Below, piece after piece: positions 50,865-64,000 of a DNA stretch of 64,000 nt (within the stretch, counting starts at the first letter, position 1; the number at the start of each line of letters is the position of its first letter). The stretch is from positions 75,020,001-75,084,000 of the forward strand of contig NC_135883.1 of NCBI RefSeq assembly GCF_964194155.1, read 5' to 3'. Source of the stretch: Cetorhinus maximus (lineage: Eukaryota). The translations under genes and the position numbers were made by a program. Below the pieces are notes generated by a model that worked only from the letters and a program-made list of their open reading frames with translations, was not told where the DNA came from and ran no database searches.

Positions 50865-51870
50865 ACTAATGACTTGGATGAAGGGACCAAATGTTTGAAA
50901 GCTAAATCTGCCCACTGTACCAAGATAGGAAGGAAAGTACGTTGTCAAGAGGAGATAAAGAGTCTGCAAGGGGATATAGAGAAGGTTAAGTGAGTGGGCA
51001 AAAATTTGGGAGATGGAGTGTAATGTGGGAAAATGTGAAGTTGTCCACTTTGGCAGGAAGAATAGTAAAGGATTTAAATGGAGAGAGACTGCAAAAATCA
51101 GTGGTACAGAAGGATCTGAGTGTCCTGGTGCATGAATCACAAAAGGTTAGTATGCAGGTGCAGCAAGTGATTAGAAAGGCAAATGTAATGTTGGCGTTTA
51201 TTGCAAGGGGAATGGAATATAAAAGTAGGAAAGTTTTACTGCAGCTGTACAGGGCCTTGGCGAGACCACATCTGGAATTTGTGTACAGTTTTGGTCTCTT
51301 TAATTGAAAAAAGATATAATTGCATTAGAAGCAGTTCAGAGAAGGTTCACTTGATTCATCCCTGGGATGAGGGGCTTACCTTATGAAGAAAGGTTGAACA
51401 GGTTGGGCCTATACGTATTGGAGTTTAGAAGAATGAGAGGTGATCTTATTGAAACGTATAAGATCTAACGGGACTTGATAGGGTAGATGCCAGGAGGATG
51501 TTTCCACATGTTGGGGCAACTAAAACTAAGGGACACAGTTTAAGAATAAGAGGTCACCCTTTTAAGATGGAGACGAGGAGATTTTTTTCTCTCTCAGAGA
51601 TTTGTTAGTTTGTAAAATTCTCTTCCCCAGAAAGCAGTGGAGGCTGGGTTATTGAATTTATTCACGACAGAGTTAGACAAATTTTTGATAGGTAAGAGAG
51701 TCAAGGGTTATTGGGGGGGGGGGGGCGGTGTGTGTCTGTGTGTATGTTGAGGGTAGACATGAAAGTGGAGTTGAGACCACAGCCAGATCAGCCATGATGT
51801 TATTGAATGGCAGGGCAGGCTCAAAGGGCCAAATGGCCTAATCCTGCTCCTAGGTCCTATGTCCCTATGC
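50865..51870 (+). mobile_element. 5'-truncated CR1-type family B LINE
   Basis: IRKANVMLAFIARGMEYKSRKVLLQLYRALARPHLE peptide; tail. Confidence 0.85.
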
Positions 51871-52859
51871 CTAAATCTATTTAAAGCACAATTCATTTGA
51901 CTGCCTTCATTTTAGGTCAATTTCATATGGAAACAAAATCTTGTCTAAATGCAATTAAACTTGTGACCTACATGATTACAGAACTTCAATGTTCTTTAAG
52001 TGACAAATGTGGATTGTAGTTAACAGAAATGTGTAATTTTTAAAATTAATATAAGTTAACTAAATGTTATTAATTCCTTAATAGATATCAAATGAGAAAG
52101 TTGACAGAAGGTGGCGAAAATAAAACTACAGTAAATTTTGTGTTACTGACACTTTGCAAATCAGAATTTTCTAGTAACCTTAATCTCTGATAGCTCGTTT
52201 TTTTTGTCAGTCACTTTCAGTGTTCAAATAACGCATTCTTTAAAAGAAAACTAATAATAACAGCAGATTGTAAATCTACAGAAGTTGTTCTTAGACTACA
52301 TTGAAATTATTGGATCAGTTTTGGTTACTGTGCTTGAACAATAATATACCACTCGGACCAGCTGTCAGTGAAACTGAAACTGACAGCTTGACTTTTTTTA
52401 AAAAACTGATCTGAAGGTTGTGATGTCAGTTGTAGTGTCAGCTTGGTCTTCAGTTGTAGTGGTTTTACTGTGGTCCCCTGCTGTGCTAGGACCCTTGATT
52501 GCCTAGCTGCTGCCCGTTCCCTTCACCCCTCAAAGACAGAGCGGCACCTTGCCTCATGTCCGGAGTAATGTAACTTCCCATTAATGGGCATTTTTGATTA
52601 ACAGCACCACCTGTTCTCTGAGCATGGTAGATAACAAAGATTTTACTGTATATTGATTATTACCATTATGGTACATTTATTGCAAATGAGAGCTACAAAT
52701 AAAATCATGAATTATGGATTTGGTGAGCGGGTTATCATGGTTTTTAAGTAGGTGAAATGGGGAAGGGTGGAAAAAAATCAAAAGCAAAAGTCTGTGGTAG
52801 TACAGAAGGCAGGCGACAGTTAATGGCAAAAGGTTACTGAGATTTTCTAACCCTCAAGA

Positions 52860-53730
52860 AAAAGCAAATAAAAACAGAAAATGCTAGAAGTACTCAAAGA
52901 TCTGGCAGCATCTGTGGAGAGAAAAACAGAGTTAATGTTTTGTATCCTTTCACCAAGGCCCCAAAGGCTTCTCCCAGGTGAAGAAGCGAGTTACATGAAC
53001 TTCTTTCAATTTAGTATACTGCATTCGCTGCTCATAATGCGGTCTCCTCTACAGTGGGAGGCCAAAACACAGACTGGGTGAACGCTTTGTGGAACACCTC
53101 CGCTCAGTCCTCATGCATGACCCCAAGCTTCTAGTAGCCTGACATTTTACGCTTCCACCTTGCTCTCCGTGTTCAGCCTACTGCAGTGTTCCAATGAAGC
53201 TCAATGCAAGCTCAAGGAACAAGGCCTCATCTTTTGATTAGACACTTTACAGCCTTCAGGACTTAACACTGAGTTCAACAATTGCAGACTGTAATCTCTG
53301 CTCGCCTCCCCCCACCCCCATTTTGTTTCCTTCTCTTTGTGTGTGTTAGTCTTAATCTTGTTTTTCTCGTTTCTACTTTCACGTGGCAGCTGTTCATTAT
53401 TCTTGCATTCATACCTACTCTGGACTCATCTTTTGTTTCTTTACTTGTCCCATTGCTACCCACTTTGGCTCTGCACCACCAACTCTTTTGCAGTTAAATG
53501 TCTCCTGTCTTTTGTCCTATCGCAGACTTTTGCTTTTGTTTTTTTTTCCACCCTTCCCCATTTCACCAAATTAAAAGTCAACACATTTCTAACTTTTTCC
53601 TGTTCTAATGAAAGGTCACAACTTGAAACGTTAACTCTGTTTCTCTCTCCACAGATGTTGCCAGACCTGCTGAGTATTTCTGCCATTTTCTGTTTTTACT
53701 TCAGATTTCCAGAATCTGTAGTATTTTGTT
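52860..53730 (+). mobile_element. Truncated Penelope-like element: inverted pLTR, GIY-YIG fragment, pLTR
   Basis: 52960-53285 is homologous to 7350-7690; 52865-52940 is the inverse of 53625-53700. Confidence 0.8.
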
Positions 53731-54402
53731 TTAAGAAAGAGTCAAAGTTGCCTAGGTATAGCAGGAATGGGGAAGTAGCACAAAGGACTGAAAAGACCCC
53801 AATTAAACACCTCAAAAAAAGCTTCACAGTTAAAATATAAATGCTGAAAATCTGAAATGAAACAGAAATGTTGGAAATGAACAAGTTTCATGAAGGGTCA
53901 TACTCAAAATGTTAGGCAATCTTTCTCTTTCCGGCTCTGCATTTTCAGCATTTCACGTTTACATTTTGTCGAGTACTACAACAAAAGAAGGATGGATTGT
54001 ATTTCATGGAAAGGTACATTTTAAATCAAAGTAACAATCTGCATAGCAACTGCAATATTTGGTCCAAAACTGACAAACTGGAGCTCTAAGTGGTCATATT
54101 CAGTTCAAATCCAACTGGATCCTTAATTTCTCGTCTTGGCTAAATTGGATAGGGACATGAATATAACTGAAAACTGAAACACCCAATAATTAACACAATC
54201 ATTTGTGTTTTTTTGTGAGTGAAACGATAAAAAAACTTTATCTCATTTTCTCAATGGAAGATTCAAGATAAAGGTCTATGAGAGCAAATATGAGAAAATG
54301 AACAAAACTTCAAGGAATGTTTTGCAAAAAAATCTATATACAGTTTGAAATACTGCTGTCAATTATAGATCGAAGTGCAACACATCAATTTGTATTACTT
54401 AC

Positions 54403-54603
54403 TTGCAGAACTCTGTGCAGATAATGGCGGAATAAGGATAGATGTACCATTTGGCAATGTTGATGTACTACCAGCAGGTATCAGAGGAACTGACATACCC
54501 AAAGGTGGCATGGAGGTCACTGATGTCAAAGATGATGTGGGACCCAAGGAAGCAAATGAAGGCATGTTTGGTGGGACTGATAGATTTGGCATACTTCCCA
54601 TTC
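54403..54603 (-). CDS. ITSN2: ITSN2 exon, Pro/Ser linker (GMGSMPNLSVPP...LPNGTSILIPPLSAQSSA), 201 nt
   Basis: tag acceptor, gtaagt donor, phase 1 to 1; lies within ORF 54395..54652. Confidence 0.93.
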
Positions 54604-54764
54604 CTATATTGGAATTTAAATATGAACAATTTAAATTCATCACTATGGACAATTCCTTTAAATACTTGCTATTTTATAAAGGTAAGCAGAAGTTGATATA
54701 TGGTTACCAGAAGAGTAGAGGCACAATTCTCAGTGTTGACATTAGGATTTCAGTAACAACAAAA

Positions 54765-55560
54765 AGTTGCATCTATGTAGTACCTTCAACCTTGCATCCC
54801 AAAGCACTTCACAGGAACTGTATCAGATAAAATTTGCACCGAGTCACATCGGGAGATATTAAGATACTTGACCAAATGGAGTGTCTTAAAGGAGAAGAGA
54901 GAGTTGGAGGTTTACTTATTGAATTCCAGAACTTAGGGCCAAGGTGGTTAAAGGCACAAGCAAGGGTGAAGGAAATCAGGGATGGTCATGAGGCCAGTAT
55001 TGGAGGCATGCAACATTCTGGAAGGGTTGTAGGGCTAGAGGAGGTTACAGAGATAGAGAGGGGCCAGGCCAGGGAGAGATTTGAACACTAGGATGAGAAT
55101 TTTACATTTGTGGAATTTCTGGACCAGGAGCCAATGTAGCTTAGTGAGCACAGGGCCGATGATGAGCTGCTTCAAATGGTGCAGGCTGCAGAGTTTTAGA
55201 GGAGCTCAAGTTTACTGAAGGTGTTAGATGGGAAGCCTGCTAGGGGAGTATCGACATAGAGGTAACAATTCTCTATTCTGGAGGTAACAAAAGCAGAAGA
55301 GAGTTTTAGCAGAAGATGGGCAGACGCATGGACAGATGATATTACACAGACGGAGGTAGGTGGTCTTGACGATAGGGCAAGTATGGGGGTATGGGGTTGG
55401 AAGCTCAGGATCAAAAAGAATGCAGAGGTTGCAAATAGTCTGGTTCAGCTACAAACAGTGACCAGAGAGAGGGATGGAGTCATTGGCTAATGAATAGTGT
55501 TCATGTTGGAGATGGCAGATAATGGTTTAATCTTCCCAGTATAAAACTGGGGGGAAATTG
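54765..55560 (-). mobile_element. Decayed L2-like LINE 3' part
   Basis: SAFVTSRIEN peptide; tail at ~54765. Confidence 0.65.
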
Positions 55561-56051
55561 TGGGTCTGGACCAATCAGGTTTTGTACAACATCCATTTAA
55601 AGTATTCTAAACACCCTGGAGAATAGTTAGAGGTTTTATTCTCTGACTTGGGCAGTGTTTGGAGAGAACACATTAAGCTACCTATTATTAAACTGTAGTA
55701 ATCATGATAACTGGCATCCAATTGAATTATTAAAAAATCTAAAAACATCTGGTAAAAATAAGGCAGAGTTTAAGACTTTAAAATGGGAAATGAATTAAGG
55801 CTGTGTCACCTGGTTCAATTACACCCACAGTCTATCCCACTTCACTTGAAGACTATAGTTAGTCTCAATTCTTGATGCACATTGCTACAGGTGCTCGATT
55901 AGTAAAATACAGATACGTATTGCCTCAAATGTACCTTTTTTAATGCCAATATAATAAATACAGCATCAACACGGCACTAAAATATTATATGAGAGACCAA
56001 GTACAATGCTTTAATAATCTATTCTACACTTATTCAGAGGATTTTATTTAC

Positions 56052-56215
56052 CAAATCGTGCAGAGCTTAAAGGTGAAGGGATTGGTGGCTGTTTCATAAC
56101 AAGTGGAAGTGTGGTGGGCACCGGGTGACCTTGAAGGGTCATCTTGATTAGTTTCATAGCTATGGAGAATTCCTGCTGGTCCATCTTTCCATCCTTGTTC
56201 AAGTCTGCCAGGGTC
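56052..56215 (-). CDS. ITSN2: ITSN2 exon, EH1 EF-hand ([29 protein letters not shown]...SARFG), 164 nt
   Basis: aag acceptor, gtaaat donor, phase 2 to 1. Confidence 0.95.
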
Positions 56216-56434
56216 CTTTATAGAAGGAAAAACAAATCTACAATTATATAGCAGACTTTGTTGGATTCTAGGCACTACTCACAGAGCTAAAATATAATCA
56301 ACATAATATTTAAATATTCAATTAGCTTCTGAGAAATCACATGGATAATACACATTTCTCCCAAAACCCATTCAATTTTCAAGGCAGAAATTAGATTTTA
56401 ACGGTCTGAGACCATTCTGCACACGACACCGAAA

Positions 56435-56785
56435 ACAACAACTTGCAGTTACACATAGCACTTTAATGCAGAAAAATATTCCAAGGCACTCCACAGGGCT
56501 ATAATCTGACAAAAATAATAGGACGGTGAGATATGGATATCCCTTCCTAACTTCACTGTGCATATGTCTACACCAGATGGACTGCAGCGGTTATGGAAGG
56601 CAGCTCACCACCACCTTCTTAAGGGCAATTAGAGATGGGCAACAAATGAGGCCTTGCCAACGAAGCTCACACTCAATAAAAGATTAAAAAAGAGATATTA
56701 GAGATGACCAAAAGTTTGGTTGAAGGGTTAAGTTTTATGAAGAATGAAAAAGGTGAGGCAGGCATAGATTTGGAGGGGTTTAAAG
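56435..56785. mobile_element. L2-like tail (minus) interrupted by a family A tail (plus, ~56535-56695)
   Basis: Both tail motifs visible. Confidence 0.6.
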
Positions 56786-56789
56786 AGAA

Positions 56790-57375
56790 GGCCTGGATTT
56801 TTCCTATGGCGGGCAGGCTGGGCGGGAACGGATGGGGGCAGGCCCGGAGTCAATCATCACCCACGAGGAGGGAGAGTTGGGGCCTGTGCTCTTTCGCGCA
56901 TGTGCGCAAAAAAGCACAGCAATCTCCCTGAGGCACGAAGCTGCCTCAGGGAGAATGAATGGATATGAGAAAAATTAAATAATCGATTAAAAAATGTATT
57001 TAACCATGTCCCAACTCATGTGGCACAGTCACATGTTTGTAAAGGTGGGAAAATTTATTTAATTGTTTTATAAAAGCTTCAGGAAACCTCATCCCGCCCA
57101 TGGATGAGGTTTCCTGAAAACCGCGAAGGCCGCTTGGGCTTTTCGCCTGCCTGCTAACCTTAAGGTTGGACGGGCAGCATTCTTAAATACTTTAATTAAT
57201 CTCTTAATGGCCTTAATAGGCCCTTGAAATTTCAGCAGGCGCGCAGCCGAATCCGGCGCATGCCCGCCGAACGAAATATCGCTGTGACGTGTGATGATGT
57301 TGGGACGTGCACCCGACATCATTGCGCGTGGGCGTATCAGGCCTGCCCCAGGATGTCAACTGGAAGATTCTGCCC
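56790..57375. mobile_element. Harbinger-like MITE
   Basis: ggcctggatttttcc / ggaagattctgccc imperfect TIR; internal homology to 10983-11512 in reverse. Confidence 0.75.
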
Positions 57376-57764
57376 ATAAATTCAAAAGGGAAAAGAACAT
57401 AAGTGTAAAGTAAGAAAGTAGCTACAACAGAAGGGCTGTCCTTTAGCAGCAGCATGGAATATTCCCTATGAATGAGAGCTGGCAAGTTATATTGTCCCTG
57501 CAACTAAACCAAAAGAGGATTGCTCCAAGCATAAGCCCAGTTTTAAAAAAGTTTGAGTAACAAGTATGCAATAATAGGCTCTTTCATAAATTTTGAAATT
57601 TATTCACTATAGAAAATCAAAACATTTAGCACGTGGGGTATATTTCATTTATTGAATATATCCAACACCATGCTCCATACGGCTTTAAGAGAATGTGTAA
57701 AATACTATTTTATGTGGAGTGATTTGATATTTTATCAAGCATTATTGTTTTCTTGCTATTATTT

Positions 57765-58135
57765 TACAACAACAACTAACATTTATAAAGCACCTTTAAT
57801 CTAGCAAAAAACCTCTCACATTGCTTCACAGGAGTATTGCCAGGCAGAATTTAACACAAAGCTACATAAAGAGATATTAGTACAGATGACCAAAAGCTTG
57901 GTCAAAGAGGTTGGTTTAAGAAGTGACATAAAGGAGGAAGGCAGAGAGGTGCAGCAAGGGAATTCCAGAGCTCAGGTCCCAGCAGCTGAAGGCATGGCCA
58001 TCAATGAAATGAAGGAAATCGGGAATACGCACAAGGCCAGAATTGGATGAGCACAGAGATCATGCAAGGTATTAGGGCTGGAAGGAGTAGGGAGGCTGTA
58101 GTCATGGAAATATTTGAACACAAGGAGAAGTTAGA
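57765..58135 (-). mobile_element. L2-like 3' end
   Basis: caacaacaactaacatttataaagcacctttaa tail. Confidence 0.6.
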
Positions 58136-58906
58136 TTTAATATCTATACAGATGCTTCCATTAGGATTTCAGTGAAGTTTACTGTGGAAATTATATTATG
58201 TTTAAATTGTGGAGAAAAAACCAGCAGTAAAATCATAGATTTTGTCCTTACAAATGGCGAGAGCACTGTGAGCTATATAACTAAGTGCAGCACTGGTGAA
58301 TGCATATCCATTACTGGTAGCGGCAATGGTGAGAATATTCTGAGATGTCAAATAAAGAATAGCACACATGAATCATATTAAAACAACATCATGTCATTTT
58401 GGCCCCAATGCATGAAACATGCCCAAGCAAAGTACACACATTGAAAACAATAACATGATAACAGGTTTTAGTGCAACATTCCATTAAAGTTTTACAAACA
58501 CAAAATATACAAAAGACAAATAGCAAATTAACTAGTTTTTTTTAACAATGAGAAAGATCCAATAACTGACCAGCAACCAGATCATTTAGGAAATACAAAG
58601 ATTTTCTTCTTGAGTGGAATAAACAGGGTGTGACAAAAGTTTTCTTACTGAGAGGGCAGGTTGGCCTGGTTAGTTTAAATGGTGGTTACTACAAATAAAG
58701 TTAGGCAGTTGAGGTGTCAGTCACTTCTTTGGTCACCAGTTTGAAAAACCCTTTAGTAGGACAAAGCCCCAGTCACAATTTGAACATATTAGGTTGGGTT
58801 ATAAATTTTACATTTTATTTACTCATTTCAATGCTAGAAGTTAAATATGAAAAATAGATCATTGTAAAAGCAGTGACCTATCACAAGGTCAGTTTTCAGT
58901 ACTCAC

Positions 58907-58970
58907 CATATTTCAGCTAGTACTAGCTTTGGCAAACCAGATTGCAGAAAGAAATTTCGAGCTTGGTCAC
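58907..58970 (-). CDS. ITSN2: ITSN2 exon, EH1 (GDQARNFFLQSGLPKLVLAEIW), 64 nt
   Basis: ag acceptor, gtgagt donor, phase 1 to 2; EH-domain peptide. Confidence 0.95.
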
Positions 58971-60166
58971 CTGTTAAGCATTAAAATAAATATATTTTAA
59001 TAATAGGGAAAGAATTTATAAATCACTATAAAACCACAGCTCCATCTCATTGTGAAATTGTGAAATATAAATGGGCTTAAAATTTACCAGAAAAATTTCT
59101 TAATGCAAAAATTCTGTATTTTCCATTGGCTTGCCCCTAGACTTATAGAAACTCAGCATCTACTTTCTACCATCGACATTTTGATTTTTTATCTTTATGC
59201 TATCATGTGCTTATGTTTTATGAACCAATAATCATTAAGGAATGTTACGTACACCTATCACAAATTACAGAGGTCGCATAAGTTCTTATTTTCGCATAAT
59301 AGGTTAATAATCTGATTCCTTTTGAGTTCTCAGCCTTGTGATGGCTGTGTTAGCCTTTCTTGTACCTGTTAATCAGGTTCTGCTTGTTTTCTAATTTGAC
59401 ACTTATTATAGTGGCTTTCACTGAATTCACAAAGGTCGGCTGCACTAACACGCAACAATGATGCCATTGCTTTCCTTGCTGTGCATCTTCAGTTACGCAG
59501 GTTTAATTACAGTGAACTAAAACCAGAACAAGGGCAAGTTATAAATGCTTTGTCAGTGTAAGTTGGTCAAAAACTCATTATCGATAAATGTACCACTCAC
59601 ACCTTTAGAAAACATAGCTTCTTCAGCACAACCCAATTTAAATTAACTTTTTGTTACAGAATTAATCTGGACAGTCACTGTTCTCAGGTTCCAAGCTTTA
59701 TAGCTGATGCTTTCTTTGTAAAAAAAAAGTCACACAATGTATATTATCCCAAGCAACCAACCCATGTGTAGTATTAGGCAGAGCATGATTAAATCATTAC
59801 CTTTAACCACCAAAATAAATAAAACAGTCTGCAGTTCTAATGGTTAAAGTTGGAATAAATTGTGAAATCAAAAATATATATGGACTACAAAACATATATA
59901 TAGACTACTGCCCATTCAAAACAAAGTTTATTTTATTCTAGTTGTGGACAAATAAATTCCGTGAAATTCATTATTATCCCAGTTAACTGAAATAGATGGG
60001 TATGAAATATTTACTATCACAGCTAATTTACCAACCAGTCATTCTCCACAATACATTTTATTCCACTAACCACTCTTGAAACAACACAATAATTGCAAAG
60101 AGGCGGATATGCTGCACTAAAAGCAAAAAATAAAAAGATGCCTTTTTCAAATACTCATTGGTGTGT

Positions 60167-60332
60167 AGAAGAACAGGGCAACCCAAGGTGAACTGGCGCC
60201 AAACTGTCAGTAGAGATCTCCAGCTGGTCAACAGACGCTGGAGTGATACACAAACATTGACTGTGGACAGGAGAGAATGGAGTGCTTTGTCTACCTCATG
60301 CTTCTCCGGTTGTATGAACGACTAAGACTAAG
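60167..60332 (+). mobile_element. RTE-clade LINE 3' end
   Basis: RRTGQPKVNWRQTVSRDL..W..DRREWSAL* followed by a (gactaa)2 terminal repeat. Confidence 0.6.
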
Positions 60333-60459
60333 TTATTGGTGTGGATTTTCTACCTTGGAGACTCAAAACATAGTGTAGTACAAACTGTGTCTTGTAACGG
60401 AACCATAGTTAGATGTATTATTAGTGCAGCCAGCTCAGATCGGGCTGCTGCAGTATCGA

Positions 60460-61920
60460 GGGGAGACAGTGGCATCATGATAATGTCACTGAATCCAGAG
60501 GCCCAGCCTAATGTCCTGGAGGAAATTGCCCAGGTATGTCTAGTCCAGAAAGAGCAGAACAAATCCTATCCGGCCAATTACCATCCCAGCGGCCTTCTCT
60601 TGATCATCAGCAAAGCAATGGAAGGGGTCATTGACAGTGCTATCAAGCTGCACTTACTCACCAATAATCCGGTCGCTGGTGTACGATTTGGGTTCCGCAA
60701 GGGCCAGTCAGCTCCTGACCTCATTACAACCTTAGTCCGAACATGGAGAAAAAAGCTGAACTCAAGAGGTGAGGTGAGAGTGACTGTCCTTGACACCAAG
60801 GCAGCATTTGTCCGAGTGTGACATTAAGGAGCCCTGGCAAAATTGAAGTCAATGGGGATTGGGGGAAAACTCTCCACTGTCTGAAGTCATACCAAGCACA
60901 AAGGAAGATGGTTGTGGTAGTTGGAGGCCAATCATCTCAGTCCTAGTACATAGCTGCAGGAGTTCCTCATGATAGTGCTCTAGGCCCAATCATCTTCTGC
61001 TGCTTCATCAGTGACCTTCTTTCCACCATAAGATCAGAAGTGGTGAATGCACAATGTTTAATGCCATTCGCGACTCCGCAGATACTAAGCAGTTCCTGCC
61101 AATGTGAAGCAAGACCTGGGAAACATTAGGCTTGGGCTGATAAGTGGCAAGTAACATTCGTGCCACATAAGTGCCAGGCAATGACCATCTCAAACAAGTG
61201 AGAAACTAACCATCTCCCCTTGACATTCAATGGCATTACTGCTGGATAGCTGAATCCCCCACTATCAACATCCTGGGGGTTACTATTGATCAGAAACTGA
61301 ACTGGACCAGCCATATAAATACAGTGGCTACAAAAGTAGGTCAGAGGCTGGGAATTCTGAGGCAAATAACACATCTCCTGACTCCCCAAAGTCTGTCCAC
61401 CATCTACAAGGAAAAGTCAGATGAAATACTCTCCACTTGCCTGGATCCGTGAGACTCCAACAACATTCAAGACGATCGACACCATCCAGGCTGTCTGATC
61501 AGTACCCCATCCACCAACATAAACATATACTCCCTCCACCACCAACGTAAATGGCAGCAATGTGTACTGTATACAAGATGCACCATAACTACTCACCAGG
61601 CTACTTCAACAGCACCTTCCAAACCTGCGAGCTCTACCACCTAGAAGGACAAGGGCAGCAATGCATGGGAACACCACCACCTGAAAGTTCCCCTCCAAGC
61701 TACACATCGTCCTGACTTCAAACTATATCCCAATTCTTTCACTGTTGCAGGATCAAAATCCTGGAACTCCTTTCCCAGCAGCGCTGAGCGTACCTGCACC
61801 AGATGGACTGCAGTGGTTCAAGAAGACAGCTAACTACCGGCTTCTCTGGAGAAATTTGGGATGGGCAACAAATGCTGGCCTTGCCAGCATTGCTCACATT
61901 CCATGAAAGACTAAAAGAAA
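60460..61920 (+). mobile_element. Family A element: ~60 bp tRNA-like head fused to RT and tail
   Basis: Head gggagacagtggcatcatgataatgtcact..tccagaggcccag joined to aaattgcccaggtatgtc (IAQVC). Confidence 0.85.
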
Positions 61921-63115
61921 TTCTGAATCAACACTACAACAAAAGCATAATATGGAAACGGTTAGTAGCCCATTCACTATTTTTCAATAAAGAAACATGT
62001 GTAATGAGCAATGGCTTATGGTGCAAGACATTCCCACGTTAGAGAAGAGTGGTGGTGAAGTCATGAAAAATTAGTCAATTAGTCATGCGTAAATAGCAGA
62101 TTTTAAATGCCTGTAACTTGAAAGAAGGAGTCCTGCAGTTTTGAGATGTAGGAAAGAATTATAATTTATTTCAAACTGCCTGTTACAAACTATTACTCTT
62201 AAAACAAAAAGAGGCCTTTTAACAAAAACTGATTAACAGTAATACATTGGAATCATTAATTGGTATTACACTGATAAAACATCAAAAACAGTTACTATGT
62301 TATCATAGGAAAAAAGCTATTTATTTTTCACAAATAAAGAGAATCTATACAAACTTGTTTCAAATTGAGTCCTCAAATTAAAAACATTTTTTATTTAAAC
62401 AGTTTTCAGTCAAGCAGTATTGAACTCAAGATTCAGGCTGCCAAAAGTATATCCTGGTGCATAAAGAAGAGGAAAGAGAAATATTAAAAAGCTGTTAGTA
62501 TTTACTGGTTTATATGAATACCCTAAATCTGTTTAAAAGTTATCAGTAACTGACTGATGTGATTACAGAATGACGAGCAAGGTAATAGTCATGCTACAGT
62601 TATAATTCTTCTACCAATCTTTCACTAGGGTCGACCATGAGACTAGGGCACTAAATTACACTGCGCTCCTTGTAAATGCTTGCACAAAAATTCCTGTCCC
62701 AGTATTTGAGTGTTGACCTCAGCCCTTTTATAAAATTAATACTTGCCCAGTAGGCAATTTAAAATACTTTTTAAACTTCAGTTTCAAAGATTAAATATTT
62801 CCATCAAAGTTGGTTGTAGTTATACAACAACCAGCGAGAAATACCTCCTTAAGATGTTCTCACATAAATTCTGATCCATTGGTCTGGATTTTGTGGTCAG
62901 CTCACCTCGAAAAAAGCTGCCCACAAAGATCCAATGATCTCTGTGGTCTGGACTTTCCCCTCACAATTTTATTCTGGTGTCAAGTCGATGGGATCTCTGG
63001 CATCCAGAAAAGTGACATTATTAAGCAGGGTAAGCAGCTAATTACACTGAAGAATTCCCACAAACAGCAAACCAAGAAGTAAAATTTACAGATTATTCCT
63101 TCACTTTTTATACAT

Positions 63116-63715
63116 TTTACAAAGAGAGAAATAAAGATTGGGGAATACCTATTATAAGCTGAAATACCATAAACATTGTTTAAGAAATAATTTCTATTAG
63201 ATTAAAAAAACTATGGAATTTTTGTCATAATGGAAAAACGGCATTACACAGCTATAAATAGACAGCACCTTCCAAACCCATGACCACTACCACCTAAAAG
63301 GACAAAGGCAGCAGATAGATGGGAACACCACCACCTGGAAGTGCCCCTCCAAGTCACTCACCATCCTGACTTGGAAATATTTTGCGGTTCCTTCACTGTC
63401 ACTGGGTCAAAATCCTGGAACTCCCTTCCAAACAGAACTGTGGGTGTACCTGCACCACATGGACTGCAGCGATTCAAGAAGGCAGCTCACCACCGCTTTC
63501 TCAAGAGCAAGTAGGGATGGGCAATAAATGCTGGCCCAGCCAGCGAAGCCCACATCCCATGAATAAATAAATAAAAACAATTTACGAAGAGAAAAATAAA
63601 GATTGGGGAATACCTATTATAAGCTGAAATATCATAAACATTGTTGAAGAAATAATTTCTATTAAATCTATGGAATTTTTATCATAATGGAAAAACGGCC
63701 TTACACAACTATAAA
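63116..63715 (+). repeat. Direct repeat of ~140 bp (63116-63258 and 63581-63715) flanking the LINE fragment
   Basis: Near-identical AT-rich copies with one ~8 bp indel. Confidence 0.9.
63260..63578 (+). mobile_element. Family A 3' fragment
   Basis: Tail gggatgggcaataaatgctggcc..cccacatcccatgaataaataaataaa. Confidence 0.85.
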
Positions 63716-64000
63716 ATTAGATTTTCAGGGCCAGAGAGGTGATTCAATCATAATTATGCCTCAGTAGGGCATTAAAAACTCAATTATGCCTCATTAACAA
63801 GGTGTAACTTCTTTGCAGGGTTTCACAGCAATATTACAGCACAAAAGGGGAAGTTCTTGTCAGTTCACTGATGTCTTAAAGATTGCCACCTATAGAGACT
63901 TCAACAGCACAGCAGATCACTGGCAGCAACTTATGGATATTCACATTTAACAGCACATGTGCAGATGCTAGAAGTTGCTGTAAGTTTCACAGGTTAATGA

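Larger units (their letters stand above)
1443..58970 (-). other. ITSN2: Intersectin-2 gene, partial span (20 internal coding exons, EH1 to SH3B)
   Basis: Exons join in frame (3061 nt). Diagnostic ITSN2-type peptides: [62 protein letters not shown], and the CLLSLL cassette exon. Confidence 0.95.

Noticed and set aside
1443-58970. Assignment as ITSN1
   Set aside because: EH1, linker, SH3B peptides and the CLLSLL cassette match recalled ITSN2 rather than ITSN1.
58971-64000. Upstream ITSN2 exons or promoter
   Set aside because: I found no WAIT..ER.KHD peptide or CpG island; probably outside the window.

Overview
AT-rich, repeat-rich vertebrate genomic DNA, most likely from a cartilaginous fish (inferred from the repeat families and protein divergence). 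The window lies inside a minus-strand intersectin-2 (ITSN2) gene. I traced 20 internal GT-AG coding exons from 58970 down to 1443 (3061 nt, phases mutually compatible, no stops). They encode EH1 (partial), the Pro/Ser linker, EH2, the KLERQ coiled coil, SH3A and SH3B. The start and the SH3C-E/DH-PH-C2 exons lie outside the window. Introns hold decayed CR1/L2-group LINEs, tRNA-headed SINEs, Penelope-like elements, Harbinger-like MITEs, solo LTRs and an RTE tail. The most notable signal is a LINE family whose APE-RT coding region is preceded, in three separate copies, by the same tRNA-like head as the local SINE. Other signals: a solo LTR ending in tandem PBS-like units, a ~140 bp target duplication, a conserved 81-nt hydrophobic cassette exon in a repeat-poor intron, and an expanded ER/K exon. 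Human ITSN1/ITSN2 comparisons are recalled from memory, not from a search. Repeat boundaries are approximate unless stated.
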